64,000 bases of DNA from the human T2T-CHM13v2.0 reference genome, Homo sapiens. How positions within the stretch are numbered: the stretch's first letter is position 1; every line of letters starts with the position of its first letter. The notes beneath the pieces were generated by a model. It was not told where the DNA came from. It saw only the letters and a list, made by a program, of their open reading frames with translations, and did no database searches. Positions 12,898 to 25,065 of the stretch are shown piece by piece. Location of the stretch: NCBI RefSeq assembly GCF_009914755.1, contig NC_060925.1, one strand, 5' to 3'. A program made the position numbers and the translations under genes.

Positions 12898-13671
12898 TGA
12901 CACAGAACCAAAGTGTCACAGGCGGAATCCACACTCACGCGCGCACACGGGGCACGCACCCATCACGTCGGCAGATCTCCAACGACTCGGGTTTCTCTCA
13001 CCCACCTTTGGATGGGAGCGAAGGAGTCAACCCCCCTTCCCTTGCGTAGTATTTTTTCTGAAGAGCGAGTTCTATTCCAGAAGCTATAACTGTTTCCCGG
13101 TTGGACCAAGCGGTGAAAGTCTTTGCTATTGTGTTACCTGGTAGGACACGTCCAGGATCAACATACCATTTCTTCTGAGAGGGACGCATAAGCGTGTTCA
13201 CAGAGACACGCGCTGGGACCCCCACCTCCACACAGAGTTCAAGGCTCACACACACACACACGGAGTGTATAGAGAGACCTGCATCCCTGCAGCAGAGGGT
13301 CGGGCGTACATACTGCCCGTGAAACCATCCAGTCTGGCCCAGAAAATCTCCCAGAGAAATACTGAGCTATCCCCTCTCCCTTCCACCACTAGGCAAGAGC
13401 TGGAGAGAAAATTAAGTGGTTAGAGAATGCTTCTTCCCCATTCCTGGAGCACTTAACATCCCCCCGCCCCCCGCTTCACTCCTCGGCACACAGCGCACTA
13501 ATGAGCCCCGAGCATTTAAAACTGCCGCAAAGCATCCCAACAAACCTCATTTTTTCTTCGCCCCAAATCCAAGTAGACTGCAGGGAGTAAACGCACAGGG
13601 TAGCAGGAGCCAACGGCCGGAACCTTATAACCCTACCTGCTGTAGCTCCTCCGTCAGCATCGCATCTCTAT

Positions 13672-13743
13672 CTTTCTGTCTCTGTCTCTCTCTCACACAC
13701 ACACAGATACACACACACAAACACACACACTCACACTCACACA
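13672..13743. repeat. Compound (TC)n/(CA)n microsatellite in intron 1
   Basis: tctgtctctgtctctctctcacacacacacagatacacacacacaaacacacacactcacactcacac. Confidence 0.9.
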
Positions 13744-13812
13744 AGCACCGCCTTACAATCCTCCACCTCCAGTCCCGGGCTCTCAGGAGTAGTCGCGGTG
13801 ACTTCCACTTAC

Positions 13813-13921
13813 TTCATAAATAAGTGTATTCCTCCACCATCTGGCGCTCCTCTTCAGCTATGGACTCGCACATTCAGCCCCCATTCACTCGGCTTCATTG
13901 ATCTCCAGCAGCAACATAGTT
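13813..13921 (-). other. DUSP10: DUSP10 non-coding exon 1 (5'UTR); 5' end/TSS approximate
   Basis: Consensus donor ATGAA|GTAAGT at 13813/13812, located just downstream (minus sense) of GC and CCAAT boxes at the CpG-island edge. The TSS cannot be fixed from sequence alone. Confidence 0.8.
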
Positions 13922-14230
13922 ACTTTCTCTTTTGCTACACTGTAAATGTAAGGTTCTGAGGGGGCGGACTCGCCGCCGACCGACGGCGGGTTGGGCCAAT
14001 AAGAATCCGGAGAAAGCCGACCGCTACCTCACAGAGCCCCGCGACCAATGGGCAGCCTAGGGGGCGGGTAAGAAGGCGTGGCCTCATCTCTTTAAGGAGG
14101 GTTTATCCGAAGCTGCTCTGGGTCCTCGGTGTTAAAACACGGGCGGTGATGTCATTGGCAACCAATCAAAAACTTAAAAGAGCCAGCCGGGGCCGCGCGG
14201 AGCAGCTGCTCTCTATTTACATGTAAACCG
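13922..14230 (-). promoter_or_regulatory. DUSP10 TATA-less proximal promoter (GC boxes, multiple CCAAT boxes, CRE-like site)
   Basis: GGGGCGGA ~13961; CCAAT at 13996, 14045 and 14162; ATTGG at 14154; GGGGCGGG at 14061-14068; TGATGTCA at 14147-14154; TATTTAC/GTAAAC forkhead-like pair at 14214-14228. Confidence 0.8.
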
Positions 14231-15360
14231 AACCGGCAGGATGCAGTTAACCCTTTACCAGGCTGAAGTGTCAGCGGGCTGGACGCGCTGCTCCGCTAAA
14301 ACTGGCTCTTCCCACTGGACGGGATCCTCCAACACTCCCTCACCCGGGGACAAACCACGCTATTTTTCCTCCTTACTATGGACAGATGATCAAAAGTATC
14401 GGAGTAACTTTCTAAAGGAAAGAGACTGCGATCACCGTCCCTAGTGGGAAAGCCGGGTTCTCTCCGAGTCGCTCGAGGTGACTTGACAAACGCTAAGCCA
14501 AAATTCGCGGACCTCGCCGGGTCTTCTGCGCTAGGACCAGCATGAGCGCGCAGCCAGGGGCGACGCTTCCGCTCCGAGCCGCGGCCCGGGGCCACGCGCT
14601 AAGGGCCCGAACTTGGCAGCTGACCGTCCCGGACAGGGAGGCCCTTCAGCCTCGACGCGGCCTGCGTCCTCCGGAGGGCCCTGCTCCGCCCGGGAAGCGT
14701 CCGCCTCCCGCCCGCCCGCCCGCAGATGTCGCTGCCCCTCTGGCTGTCCCGGCCTGACCGCCGCGCGCCGCCCTGCTGCTCACCTACTTCCGCGCCACGG
14801 TCACGCCCCTGCCGTCCCCAGGCTAACCCTCCCGGGGCTCGACCCAGAGCACTAAGGCGGCGCCACTGAGGGCTGCTCGGAGGAGGAGGCTTGAGTCGAC
14901 GCCAGAGGCGGCAAGGGACGCGCCCTGAGCAGCGGTGCAGAGGCCAATCCCCTGGCCGGGCGTCCTGGGGCCCGCTACGCGCCCGCTGCCCCTCCGGGTC
15001 TGGGTCCCCGCCCGCCGCCGCCCCCCTTTCCCGCCTGGCGCGCTGGGTCCCCGCGCCGTGCCAGCAGCGCGCAACCCACCCGCCCCACATGCCTCGGCCG
15101 CCACCCCTCGGTCCCGCACGGCCCCTGCCGAGGCCAGGACCGGCAGCCCGGCGCTTCTGGAACAGCCGCAGCTGGCGGAAAAGAGCCAGAGCCGAGTGCA
15201 AATAGCTAGATTGAATGGGGCCGGAGGAGCGTGGAGGAGGTGACGCCGCCTCTCCCCGCTCCCCTGACTTTGGCCGGCGCCAGGTAGCTGGCCGCAGCTC
15301 CTGATCAGGGAGAAGAGTAGGGGGCGGGGCAAGCCGCCCCTTGCCTAGTCCGGAAAATAT
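13950..15360. promoter_or_regulatory. CpG island over the DUSP10 promoter
   Basis: Very high GC and CpG density (e.g. 14500-15340) against CpG-depleted flanks. Confidence 0.92.
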
Positions 15361-15862
15361 TCTCATTAGGGAAACTGCAGGAAAGTTGCCCTGGGATACA
15401 AAAAGAAGTGGAGATGAACAACCCCAGATGAACTGTGGAGAGTCTACGTCCAAGAACCCTAAAGAAGTAGAGCTTTTTCTTTTCTTATCTGTGAGAGAAG
15501 GGATAAAAAGTGAAATAATGGAATAATACATTATGAGCACTAGGGAATGTTGGGCTATCGTTTTTCTCCCTTACCTGATTGGATGGGGTTTGGAGGTCTA
15601 CTTCAGACTCCAAGCCTAGTAGTATACTGAGTAGCAGGGGCATATTCATGTAATTGTTTTCAGGGCAGATCTGAAATCAGGAGGTGTCAGACCATAGCTA
15701 GCAAGTCAGCTATGCTCAATGAGCTGTGAAGAGAAATCCCCTTGGGCACCTCCACTTACATGCAGGCACATACCCCCCAGTCCAGCTTTTCACACCAGTG
15801 TTACGACGGGCATCACGTACACATCCGATAGTCTTACATAGGAGAGGATTTTGTGTAACGTC

Positions 15863-16589
15863 TGTTGTCGAAAATAGTCAAACTCTGTAAAATATTTGAA
15901 GAGATTTATTCTGAGCCAAATATGAGTGACCATGGCCTGTGACACAGCCCTCAGGAGGTCCTGAGCACGTGCCCAAGGTGGTTGGGGTCCAGCTTGGTTT
16001 TATACATTTTAGGGAGGCATGAGACATCAATCAAATACATTTAAGAAATACATTGGTTTGGTCCAAAAAGGCTGGACAACTCTAAGGAGCGGGTGGGCTT
16101 TCAGGCTATAGGTAAATTTAAACATTTTCTGGTTGACAATTGGTTGAGTTTGTCTAAAGACCTGAGATCAAAGAAAGGAACGTATGGGTTAAGATAAGAG
16201 CTTGTGGGGACCAAAGTTTTATTATGCAGATGAAGTCTCCAGGCAGCAGGTTCAGAGACAATAGGTTGTAAAATGTTTCTTATCAGACTTGAACTCCATG
16301 TTGATATATAACAGGGCTCATCCCACCCTCACTTCCCCTCATGGCCTGAACCAGTCTTTCAGGATAAATTTTACAGGAGCCTGGGTTGAGAAATTAGTCC
16401 GTTGGTTGATATATAATGAATGGGGCACGTCCCACCCTCACATCCCTTCATGGCCTGAACCAGTCTTTCAGGATAAATTTTACAAGAGCCCTGGTTGACA
16501 AATTAGTCCGTTCAGAGGGTTGCCTGGGAAGGCGGGGTGGGCAGGGGGTGGGGCGTGGGGGGTGCTTAGAATTTTATTTTTGGTTTACA
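15863..16589 (-). mobile_element. ERV1 solo LTR, MER4A-like
   Basis: Minus strand begins TGTAAACCAAAAATAAAATTCTAAG and ends ...TTTGACTATTTTCGACAACA. Degenerate 4-bp TSD CGTC/CCTC. PolyA signal at 15905-15910. Confidence 0.85.
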
Positions 16590-18191
16590 CCTCTCTCCAT
16601 CCACACACCAACACACACGTCAATTCACCCTCCTGATAATAGCAGAGTGCTTAGGGCACACCATTTGGTTCTTAAATGTTTGAAGATCAACAGGTTATGG
16701 TCAGGAAACTTGGGTTCTGGGTAATTTCTATACAAATCAGAAAAGAACTTCCCAGAGGTTCTACCCTTGATCTATCTGGAGCTGGAAGGCTGAAAGCTTA
16801 CCTTTCCCTAAACATAGACAATTATGGGAAAATTTTTCATTAACTCAGAGTTTGAGAGTTCTAAGTTCTGATTCTGACTCTATCTGTTATATCTGTTCAT
16901 CCAGTCTCTGTCTTCATTTATCCATAGAATGGTAATACCCCAACTCAGAAGAAAAAGGGAACTCATTCAAGCGCTCAGGGGGGAAAAAAGATCCCCTGCT
17001 GATAAAAGGCATTCAGTGGAAAAAAAAATTAATTTACTTGCTTTAGGAAATAAGGTGCCTATCTTTAAAGGTATATATGATCTATAAATGATGAATTCAT
17101 TTCTAATGCCTCAACATCTAAGCCCAAAGTATAGATTTATACAATTGCAGAAGAGTTCTTAACAGCTTTTCCCACAAGGCCCAAAATGGAAAAGTAATTT
17201 CAAGAAGAAATGTAACTCTTGTAATGAGATGATTGTTTTATTATAGTTTCAAAGTAGTAGATTATTATAATTTAGTTGACTAAGAATCTAAGCCATCCAG
17301 GCTGAAACATTGGGAAAGATGGCAAAATTCCTTATCATATATCAAGCCTGAAATGTGGAATAATTACCAGATTATGAATATAAGCAAAGTTGTAGTTATT
17401 TTTTAAGTTAGGCATCTCTAAGTTTATATTCAAGTCATAAGACTGGTGAAAAAAATCAGATTATAGATGGAATTTTTTTCCATTCACTACTCTTCAGAAC
17501 ATCTTTTGGACAAGAAGAAGTGATTTTATTCCTGTTTTTGAGCGATAAATGTGAAAATACTACACTGAAATATAATGCCCTGAGACTTAAATTCGTAATG
17601 CTAGTCAGCCAATGGCTACAAATCTGATCTGTATATCAATAACCAGCAGCAGAGCGTTAATGTTAGTTTCAGTCCCAAAGAAAGAGTGAAGCATCTTCAT
17701 TCAGTCTGGATGTTGTAACATGATTGTATTGAGCATATCTTTGTTCCCACAAACATCATAAGAAAAATATTGACTGTTTCAGCTGAAGTACTATGTATTA
17801 AAGTCAAAAGATGACAATAACTTAGGCCAACATATAAGATATAATATGGATAGTATTTAGCAAATGTATTAATTAAATTACTTCTTTTTTGTGCACTTAA
17901 ATGGTTAAGTGTGTGGGGTAATGGCAGAAGGTGGGGCCTTCAAAATAATCCTCAAGGTCAAGATAGATTTCTGGAGGTACTAGAATTAAGGCAGAGAATG
18001 GCTTGGAGAAAACTTAAAAATCATCCAGGATAAAGATGATATTATACCAGAAGGAGTGGGGAATAAGCTGAGGAATAGGAAAGTGGCATGGTAAGTGTTT
18101 GAGGTCATTGAGACCAGCCTGGCAAAACATCCAGCAACACTCTCCAGGCCTAGGGAAGGGCTGATAAGAAGTGTTCCCTGAAGGAAGGAGC

Positions 18192-18557
18192 TGCTATGGT
18201 TTGAATGTTCCCCCAAAATACATGTTGAAACTTAATCACCAGTGTGACACTATTAAGAGATGAGGCCTTTTGGAGGTGGTTAAGTCATGAGGGCAGAGGC
18301 CTCATGGAAGGGATTAGGGCCATTACAAAAGGGCTTCAGGGAGTGAGTTAGTTTTCTTCCATTCCCCTGTGGGGACACAGCAACAAGGTGCTATCTTGAA
18401 ATCAGAGATTGGACCCTCACCAGGCAGTGAACCTGCAGATGGCACCTTGATCTTGGACTTCCCAGCCTCCAGAACTCATGTGAGCAATAAATTTCTGTTC
18501 CTTACAACTTCCCCAGTCTCAGGTATTTTGTTATAGCGGCACAACTGGACTAAGACA
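18192..18557 (+). mobile_element. MaLR solo LTR (MST/MLT1A-like)
   Basis: TGCTATGGTTTGAATGT...GGACTTCCCAGCCTCCAGAACT...AATAAATTTCTG...GACTAAGACA. Confidence 0.88.
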
Positions 18558-18967
18558 GTGGCTACTGTAATGATGGAAACAGAGGCAGGGCCATGTGCTT
18601 GTCCCACTATCTATGAGTTTGGACACAAGAGGCCTGCAGTTCTTTCCTACAAAATTCATGGGCAGGTGTGCTTGTGACTCAGGAAAAGGCTCTGAGCCAT
18701 TTAAGGCTCTATATCTGTATTTTCCAGTGTGGTGGTCATTTGACACATGTGTCGGCCACTCGAAGTGTGGCTAGTCTGAATTAAGATGTGCCATAAGATT
18801 AAAATACACATTGGATCTTGAAAACTTTATATACAAAGGGTAAAAGACATCAGTGCAAGTGGGAGGCAATAGAAATGGGAGCAGGGGTGAACTGGTGGAG
18901 CCTCTGTGACCACAATCTTGTCCTCCACACCTTCACACTTGACAGATGCAGATATAGCTATGGATAG

Positions 18968-19368
<401 letters not shown>

Positions 19369-20159
19369 TCTGTTTTGTTTTTTAATCCTGTTTCTCTCTC
19401 TTTTTTTTTTTTTTTTTTCCTGTAAAGCAATTTCACTGGATGGCATGGCCAAAGCATGATTGATCTCAGACCTCTTTTCAAGGTTCACTCTGGCCTCTAC
19501 TGATCACACAGAGGTGACTGGCTGGTTAGGGGAATTAATATGCTCCCTGTCTTCATTTAGGCAAGCAGATCCCTTTCAGTTTTTTCTTCCCCTTCACTGC
19601 TCCCCTATTTGTAACCCCACAAACATCTGCTGCTCTTTCTCAGAAGAGGATTTTGCCTCAGCCCAAGTGTGTGGACCATGGATGTAAACTTATTTTCTTT
19701 ATGAAAATAACACACACAAAACATTCACTGGCCTTGGGTCTCCAACAATGCCCTCCTCTGTGGCGGATGGCCTGTTATTATTATGTGTTGCTACATCAAA
19801 GACTGTTAACATTTTCCCCTTCACTAAACTGAGCAATCATGTTTTATCATTACGATATGCTGTCAGCGCCAGTTTCTCAACCCCAGGAGGCTGGGTCCAA
19901 CTGTGTTACTGAAGGATGCAAAGTTATAAGGTAAACATGCACGCAAAGCATTCATAAACCCCCTCAAGACTTGTTTCAGGTCTAACACTAAAGAATTAAT
20001 CTAACGTTCTCAGCATCTCCTAGTAGGTTCAGACTGTACCACTTCTACATATAAGAAGTTCCTTTAGACAACAAAGTGCATCATAACGTACTTTATCTTT
20101 ACAATTGAATATTAACTGAACTGATTTTAAAGATCTAGAATTTGGGAAAAAATAATCAT

Positions 20160-20410
20160 AGGTAACATATTACTAAGTGTTTTGTTCTGTGCTAAGCACT
20201 GCTGTAAGTGATTTACATGCATTAACTCACTTAAATCCTCACAGCCACATCGATCTATAAGTAAGTACTTTTTTATTAGCTTAATTTAAAGATGAGAAAA
20301 CAGAAATACAGATGGGGTAAATAATTTGCCCAAGGTCACAAAACTAGAAAGCAGCAGAGTCAACACTTAAACCCAGACAATCTGGCACCAGAGCATCTGC
20401 TTTTAACCAT
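20160..20410 (-). mobile_element. MIR SINE
   Basis: gatgagaaaacagaaa...ataatttgcccaaggtcacaaaactag core. Confidence 0.7.
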
Positions 20411-20880
20411 TTTGTGTTATTTCATTCACTCTTGTTGTGATTTTATAAACTTCTATCATGTCCCCCTCAGTCTCCAGACTGCAGTATATTTTTAATTGCC
20501 TGTTCATAAGAATTTGCTGTTTTTTTCTTTTGTTTTCTTCTGAACTTTTCTAAGTCCATCATGACGTGAATCTCCATGTGGTCTCACTCTTACAACCGCA
20601 GCCTCCACATTGGGGAATGGATCCAGACCTCCACTTTATTTCCAGAACAGTCTCAAATATTGCCCTAAATTGTGTCAATGGCTTGGTTGCTACTGCGGAT
20701 TGGACTGGTAAATTCAAGGAAGAGCCTATGACACTTCTATTAGAAAAACCATGTCTTGTTTGCCGTCCCATCCCTAGCCGGTGGCCCGGGAGCTAGCACG
20801 TAGTTTGAACTCATTAAGCTTCGGTTCAGTGAGTGAGTGACTGAATGAATGAATGAACTGAGAATGTTTTTTAAACATAC

Positions 20881-21208
20881 TGTCTTTGTCCATTCAGACT
20901 GCTATAACAAAATATCATAAACTGAATGCCTTACGAACAACAGAAATTTATTTCTCACAGTTCTGGAGGCTGAAAGTCCAAGATCAAGGTGCCAGCATGA
21001 TCAGGTTCTGATAAGGACTCTCTTGTGGGTTACAGACTACTAACTTCTGGCTGTGTCCTCACATGGTGGAAAGTGTGAGGGTTCTCTCTAGGGCCTCTTT
21101 TATAAGAGCACTAATCCCATTCATGAGGGTTCTGCCCCCATGATCACCTTGGGCCTTAGGATTTCAACATATGAATTTTGGGGGGACACAAATATTCAGG
21201 TTGTAGCA
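20881..21208 (-). mobile_element. MaLR solo LTR (MLT1A/MST-like)
   Basis: tgtctttgtccattcagactgctataac...ttctcacagttctggaggctg...gggggacacaaatattcaggttgtagca. Confidence 0.85.
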
Positions 21209-23323
21209 AGAACGTACCTTTGAATTATTCATTTTTCTAGAGGCATACCCTGGTCCATCTGATGATAGCTTTCTAGCTACTGGTTTGGCCTTCTGTAATA
21301 GCTGGAAACTTAGAAACCTCCAAAGTCCCTAAATTCACTACTCTTTTGAATTATTTATGCAGATATTAACCAAGTGTCTATCTCTGGGGAGCTACGTTGT
21401 TTACACACCACTTGTTTTGTTTTGTTGTGATCATATTTCCCTCTTTACAGTTTAACTCCATTTCTTTCCCATAGAATTTAGAAAACATCAGCATCTTTCT
21501 CATTATAATCCATCTCATTATACTCCATACCATACTTGATTTTTGTTTTGGTCAATGCTCTTTGCAATTATGATTGTCTTCAATGTTTAGAAAAAATTCC
21601 TCTTCTTGTTCACTGAGTTTCAGGAGGATGAAGGTATCTTCCTTTTCTCGTTCAACATCTTCCTTCTTGTAATTCTCAAAGGCATGCATTTCCTGGTGTT
21701 TATCTCCCTGACAGACGGATTGTCCAGTGTTTATTTTCTCTAGCATGTGACTGATGCCAATAAATAGCTTTCTTCAGAAAGGCATTTAATCAAGGACCTG
21801 AGCCTGGACATCAGTGAGTTCTTTGTCTTCCTGGTGGTTGTGCTCTGAAAGGAAATGCCACTACTGATTCTGGGTTAGGTGGGGAGCAGCACCCCGAGAA
21901 GTCCTGTTTCTAATGCTCTGTGAATGGGCCCAAGTCCACCTGGATTTCACACCCAGGGGGAGGGTTCAGTGTTTTCCCTGGTCTAGCTGGTAAATAAAGC
22001 AAACACTTTGTAATTATACTCATGACCAGCAAGGGCCAAGAATGTACAAACATGGTGGATGAAACCCTTTCTGGGTGAATTTAAGTGTCTATGCTATGCT
22101 AAATACTGAGCCCACAGTACCACTCAGGCATATAGTAGGGGTATTCAAATTAATCCAAATCAGGTCAGGTCTAGTCAATTCGAGTTATTCAACAGGTAAG
22201 AGAAAAATCCTTATTGGAACTGGCTAAAATTTTAGTTCAAGTAGAAATGTTAGAAAAGAAGCAAATGTTATTTTTGCCATTAACTTGCAGGTCACAAAAA
22301 TTTAGAATGCAAGAAAGATAAATAGATTGGATCAGAAAGTAGCCAGAGAGCTGGCGCTGTGCTTCATTCATCTGCCAGTGCTCACCATCGCAGGTATGGT
22401 GACAGAAAAACTGTATCATTTTTCTACAGTAGTAAACTAAGATGTATAATTCACAAGGACTCTTAGCTCCTTCATGCTTCAGTTTGCAATTCCTATTCCC
22501 AGTAATTAGGAAAACTGAAGCAACTCTATGAACCGCCATTCTAAACCTTAAATTGGATTAATAATAGCAAACAGTCCAATGAAGTGTCTTTTCTATATTC
22601 TGCAGAATAGAAATGCCAATAGATTTGGACTCCCTTTTCAACACAGTCCTAATCTTCATGTAATACATGAGTCCCCCCGAATATGGATTAGAGGAGTTAA
22701 AGGCAGACATTTTAACTCATCAAACTTGCCCAGCATGTTAAAGAAGGACTGAAAGAAGTAAGGCAGGCAGGCAAAAAGAACAGTGGGCTGACTGGGTTTT
22801 TTGTTTTGTTTTGTTTGCTTTTGTTTTAAAATTTAGTTTGTATTTTGACTCCAGAGTTGGGAAGGGTAACTTTGGGCAGAAAGAAGGCAAAGAGCAGACA
22901 AGTAGAGGGTATTTTGCTATTTCCAGAAATTTACAATTTCACAAGCTATTAAATAGAATAGGATCTGGTTACAGAGGGGTTGTTGAATGTTTGCTGGCAA
23001 AAAAAAAAAATGTGATATTACTAAAACTCATTCTGATTGACTTCAGCAGACACTGGGCCCCACCACCTCCTGGGATAGAAAAGAAAGAATAGGGCTGTCT
23101 GTGTTGGTGCATGTTAAGGAAGGCTGCACTGGCTTAGACAGGCGCCAACTGCTTTTGTACAGTTGAGGGATGTCAAGCACACACCTGGGGCCCCTCTTTT
23201 TAAACCCAGGAGAACCTCAAAGACAAGTTCCGCTAGTCCCATGGTATAAGGAGTAGTTTGTGTCTCTCTCTGTGTGGATGCAGAACTTCCCCTTTGTATG
23301 TTTAAGCTAGTGCAATCTTCCTT

Positions 23324-23746
23324 TCTGATGGTTAATTCTGTGGCCAACGTGACTGGATCATGGGATATGTGGTCAAGTGTTATTCTGCTTGTTTCTGTGA
23401 AGGTGTTTGTTTGTACGAGGGTGTTTTTGAATGAGATTAACATGTAAAGGGGTGGACTTTAAGTAAAGCAGATTACCCCCCATAATTTGGGTGGGCCTCA
23501 TCCAGTCAGTGGAAGGCCTGAATGGAACAAAAGACTGACTTCCCCTGAGCAATGGGAATTCTGCCAGTCAGCCTTCAGACTTTAACTGCAACATTGGATC
23601 TTTCCTGGCTCTCCAGCCCATTTGCCCACCCTGCAGATTTTGAACTTGCCAGCCTCCATATTGCATGAGCCAATTCCTTAGAATAAATCTCCATTTATAC
23701 ACATACACATCCTGTTGGTTCTGTTTCTCTAGAGAATCCTAATACA
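23324..23746 (+). mobile_element. ERVL MLT2-family solo LTR
   Basis: tgatggttaatt...gtgggcctcatccagtcagt...gttctgtttctctagagaatcctaataca; 5-bp TSD TCCTT/CCCTT. Confidence 0.85.
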
Positions 23747-24719
23747 CCCTTTTTCCCCTTTGGTGGACAGAGCAAAGCATAGCCTAAAAGATGAGAATTG
23801 TACCAAGTGTCCTGCAATCCTGTCCTGTATTACTAAAAATGTACTGAATTGGGTTCATCTTCATCTTTGAGTAACATAATTTCCATGAGTTTAAAACTAC
23901 CCTAAAAAGGTGATGAGGATACACTTAATAGATCTAAGATAGAATTGTTGATGCCAAAGAAAAACAAATTTCCCCCCTATAATTTATTAGGGAAAAATAG
24001 AAAATCCCAGTTGAAGTTTCTGGCTTTGGGATTCTAAAGAAATCTGGAGATTGGAATGATAAAAATAAACCTAAGATACAGTTTCTGAGCCTCTGATTTG
24101 TGTCCATTCAGCCTGAAGGAAGAAATATATGAATATTTTTACTTTCCCCCAAATGCATATTTAATCTTTTTCTAAACATCCTGAATTTTGAGACTGTCAG
24201 GAGTTTCCATAGTAAGAACAGATTGATTTCCCAATTTTATAGCATTTATTAAGAAAGCCATTTTAAATCTCAGTATTAATGTTGACATCTTGTTGAGGTT
24301 ATTTATTTGTTACTTCTGCTTTCCCAAGTTAATCGACATATGGTTGAATTATAAAATCTCAGCTAAGAGCCTAAGGAGTGGATTTCTCAAGAAGAGTTCA
24401 CAGTTCACGAAAGCAAATCAGAGATAAAAATGCATGCCATTTTTGCAGCTGCCTTATGTTTTTTGTTTCCCTGGCTCTTTATCAGAGATATGTAGAGTGC
24501 TTGACTGTGAATATATAGTTCTCCATTTCATTCTCCCTCATTTCTAGTAGACTGGAAGCCCCCTGCCTGTTAGCCAGACCAGCATTGCTCCAACTCCAAA
24601 GGCACACAGATCCCTGGGGGGCTTGGTTCAGTAGGTTTGGGATGGGACTGGAAATTGTACACTTCCTTGCATGCTTTCCAGCAATTCTGAAGCAACTGGA
24701 CTACATATCACACTATGCT

Positions 24720-25065
24720 TGTCTAAATCCACACCCTCCAATACAGTAGCCACTAGCCACATGTGGCTATTTGAGCCCTTGAATTGTGGCTTGTCTGAAT
24801 TAAGATCTAATCTAAGTATAAAATGCATACCAGATTTCCAAGATTCAGTAGGAAAAAATGGACAAAATATTTCATTCATAATTTTTTATTGATTACATGT
24901 TAAAATAACATTTTAGATATATTAGGTTAAATAAAACAGTACTAAAATTAATTTCACCTGTTTCTTGTTATGTTTAAACATGCAGTTACTAGAAGATTTC
25001 AAATTACTTATGTTGTTTGCAATTGCCACTTACATTATATTTCTTTTGGATAGTGCTCCTCTAGA
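24720..25065. mobile_element. MER33/MER3-like hAT DNA transposon
   Basis: tagccactagccacatgtggctatttgag...attatatttcttttggatagtgct. Confidence 0.75.

Larger units (their letters stand above)
11620..13812 (-). other. DUSP10: DUSP10 intron 1
   Basis: GT at 13812-13811 and AG at 11621-11620 on the minus strand. Confidence 0.8.

Noticed and set aside
14599-15540. 313-aa minus-strand ORF and overlapping 100-170 aa ORFs
   Set aside because: They lie in the CpG island, where stop codons are rare. The sequence is low-complexity G/R/A/P-rich with no recognisable domain, and several frames and both strands are open at once.
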